Assembly: GCF_018350175.1 (NCBI RefSeq)
Contig: NC_058386.1
Location: 125,922,001 to 125,986,000 of the forward strand
DNA from: Felis catus
Taxonomy: Eukaryota
Reading direction: 5' to 3'
Length of the DNA stretch: 64,000 nt
Part shown: positions 38,550 through 64,000 of the stretch, piece after piece
Position numbering within the stretch: the stretch's first letter is position 1
Layout: each line of letters opens with the position of its first letter
Position numbers and translations under genes: made by a program
Notes under the pieces: model-generated
What the model saw: only the letters and a program-made list of their open reading frames with translations
What the model was told of the DNA's origin: nothing
Database searches by the model: none

Positions 38550-38555
38550 TTTAAT
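38550..38555 (-). terminator. HCFC1 poly(A) signal ATTAAA
   Basis: Plus-strand TTTAAT about 1.95 kb past the stop, at the end of a compositionally distinct 3'UTR. Confidence 0.6.
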
Positions 38556-40505
38556 TGTTCAAAATAGCACAAAACGACATCGCACTATGGTAATATTGAG
38601 TCACAGGGGTTACTCTACAATAGATGAACGGGTGTACTGTTCTCAGAAACAAGAGAAATCCAAGGGCGCTCAGGAGAGGGGACAGGGAAAACGACAGGAC
38701 CAGGCGAGTGGGCTCCAAGGTGACGGACTAAACGTGACATTTTCCACAGCGAAATCTACTATAATACAACGAACCAGAGGCCCCAGAAGGTGCGGGCCAG
38801 CGGCAGGGCCATGCGCAGGCCAGGCCCCTCACCGCGGCTGCGTCTCCAGGGCGGAGATGGGGAGGGGGGGTCCGGAGAGACTGGCTGCTCGCTCGAACTT
38901 GTCCCTCACAGCCTGCTCGTGAGCCTGAAGCCTGGGTGTGGGGCAGAGAGCCGGACCGCCAGCCACACTGGGCAGAGCCCTGGGCCACCTGGGTTTGGCC
39001 CTGGGAGGACGGCCACGGCCCTGCAAATGTATACAACCGCTGGCTGGTGCTGATAGCCCGCCTCTTCCCCGGGCTCCCTCCCGGTGACACCGCAGACGTG
39101 CCCTCCCGGGCTGCCTTGGAGACTGAGCTCCCCTCCGTCCCCCGACCCCACCGCTCTGGACACCACTGTGCGTGGAGACGGCCGCTGCGGGAAGCTTGCC
39201 GGCCGAGGGCGGCAGACAGCCGAGCCGGTCATGCCAGGGAGGGGGCCCGGGGGCGGAGGGCAGGGGGGGTCGGGCCAGGACCTGCTCCTCCTCCTCAGTC
39301 CTACAAGTGTGGAGCAATCGCCGAGGGGAGTGAGCTTCGAGCTTCGCCAGCTCCCTCCTCCCTTGTCCCAGAGGCCTGGGGACGGGCAAAGGGGCAAAGG
39401 GGCAGACGGCAGGGGCCAGCAAGAGGAAATCGGGCCAGGCGGCAAACATCACACCTACAGGGGAGAGTCCACACCTCTCCTGCCCGGGCTGCCCCCAGCT
39501 TTTCTTCCAGAAAGATCCCTGCCAAGGCTTAGCCAAAGAGAAAAAAGTTAAAAAAAAAAAAAAAAAAAAAAAAGGAAAGAAAAGAAAGAAAAAGATACAC
39601 GTTCTGTACACAACTAACAACAATGAAAAAGGGACAAAACCCCACACACTAAGGCTAAAATTACAATAAAAATGTTAACTTCATCAATTCCAACTTAAAA
39701 AAAAAAAAAAATACAACAAATGCAGCAGTTGGTGGTGTGGCCCCTACCCCGACCCAGGGGCCAAAGCCGGGCTCGCTGGGGGCTGCCCTCCGCCCCGCCG
39801 GGAGTCAGGAGATTTGCACAGAACACTGCTCAGGCCACCACCAGGGGCCGGTTCTTCCCCCTTCCTTTCTCTTTCTTCTTGCGCTCTAGCTCTCTACCCA
39901 GGAAAGAAGAGGGAAGGGGAGAGGGTCGGAGTACGAAGGCCGCTGAGAAATCGCCAGGCTGACGGGGCTGGACAAAGCTCAAGCACAGGCCGCCAGGTGG
40001 CGGAGATGCAAAGGGAACAGGTAAAACGGAAGCAGATGGGACATGTGGTGCGAGGGCGGCCGCCGGTCTTCTCGGGCCAGGGGAGGGGCTGGGGCCGGCT
40101 TCCTTCCGCTTCCTTGCCGCACCCCCTCCGCCCCGGGCCGCCCCCCCTCCCGAGAACCAAGGGGAGAAGCTGCAAGAGGCACGCTCTCCGTTCTGTCTTC
40201 TTTGTCCAAAGTCTCTGTGTAGCGCCCGTCGAGGGCCCCGGCGTGGCTGGGGTCGGGGGCTCACTGCCACCGGACGTGCTCGCTGCTCTTCCAGATCTGG
40301 GTTCTGCTCCCACCCGCGGCAATGATAAAATGTGCTTTCTTGAGATTATTTTAAAAACAGAAAGGGAGAGAGAATGAGTGGCGGCCAGTGGCTCCTGAGG
40401 GTGAAGTTTGAGCGCCGGGTGGGTGGGGTGGGTGGGCCCTGGCAGGTGGCGTTCCTGAAGCAGAGGGGGGGTCTGGCGAAGAATCCAGGAGCAGGGAGCT
40501 GCCTC

Positions 40506-64000
<23,495 letters not shown>

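Overview
Mammalian, very GC-rich genomic DNA. The tRNA-derived Can-SINEs with ...AAATAAATAAACATTAAAA tails point to a feliform (cat-like) carnivore. The window is orthologous to human Xq28: AVPR2 (+), then ARHGAP4, NAA10, RENBP and HCFC1 (all -), ending in the HCFC1 CpG-island promoter (the TMEM187 side in human; no TMEM187 or L1CAM coding sequence is visible). I resolved exon structures by hand from GT-AG sites and reading phase. AVPR2, ARHGAP4, NAA10 and RENBP look intact. Four N-gaps hide HCFC1 exon 6, the 3' parts of exons 1 and 11, and part of the promoter. Nearly all long ORFs in the six-frame track are GC-content or antisense artefacts. I found no new protein-coding system. The most interesting signals are: (i) a dispersed repeat family in the HCFC1 5' region, where five YY1 motifs each also open an 8-11-codon micro-ORF ending in TGAG; (ii) an orphan CpG-island promoter-like block between ARHGAP4 and NAA10; (iii) AVPR2 start-codon and intron-2 peculiarities; (iv) the RENBP stop codon fused with its poly(A) signal inside the NAA10 promoter island; (v) a (CA)5(CG)10(CA)18 Z-DNA candidate; (vi) an HCFC1 exon-8 exitron and variant OGT-cleavage repeats. 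Comparisons with human or other orthologues are from memory and need confirming by alignment.
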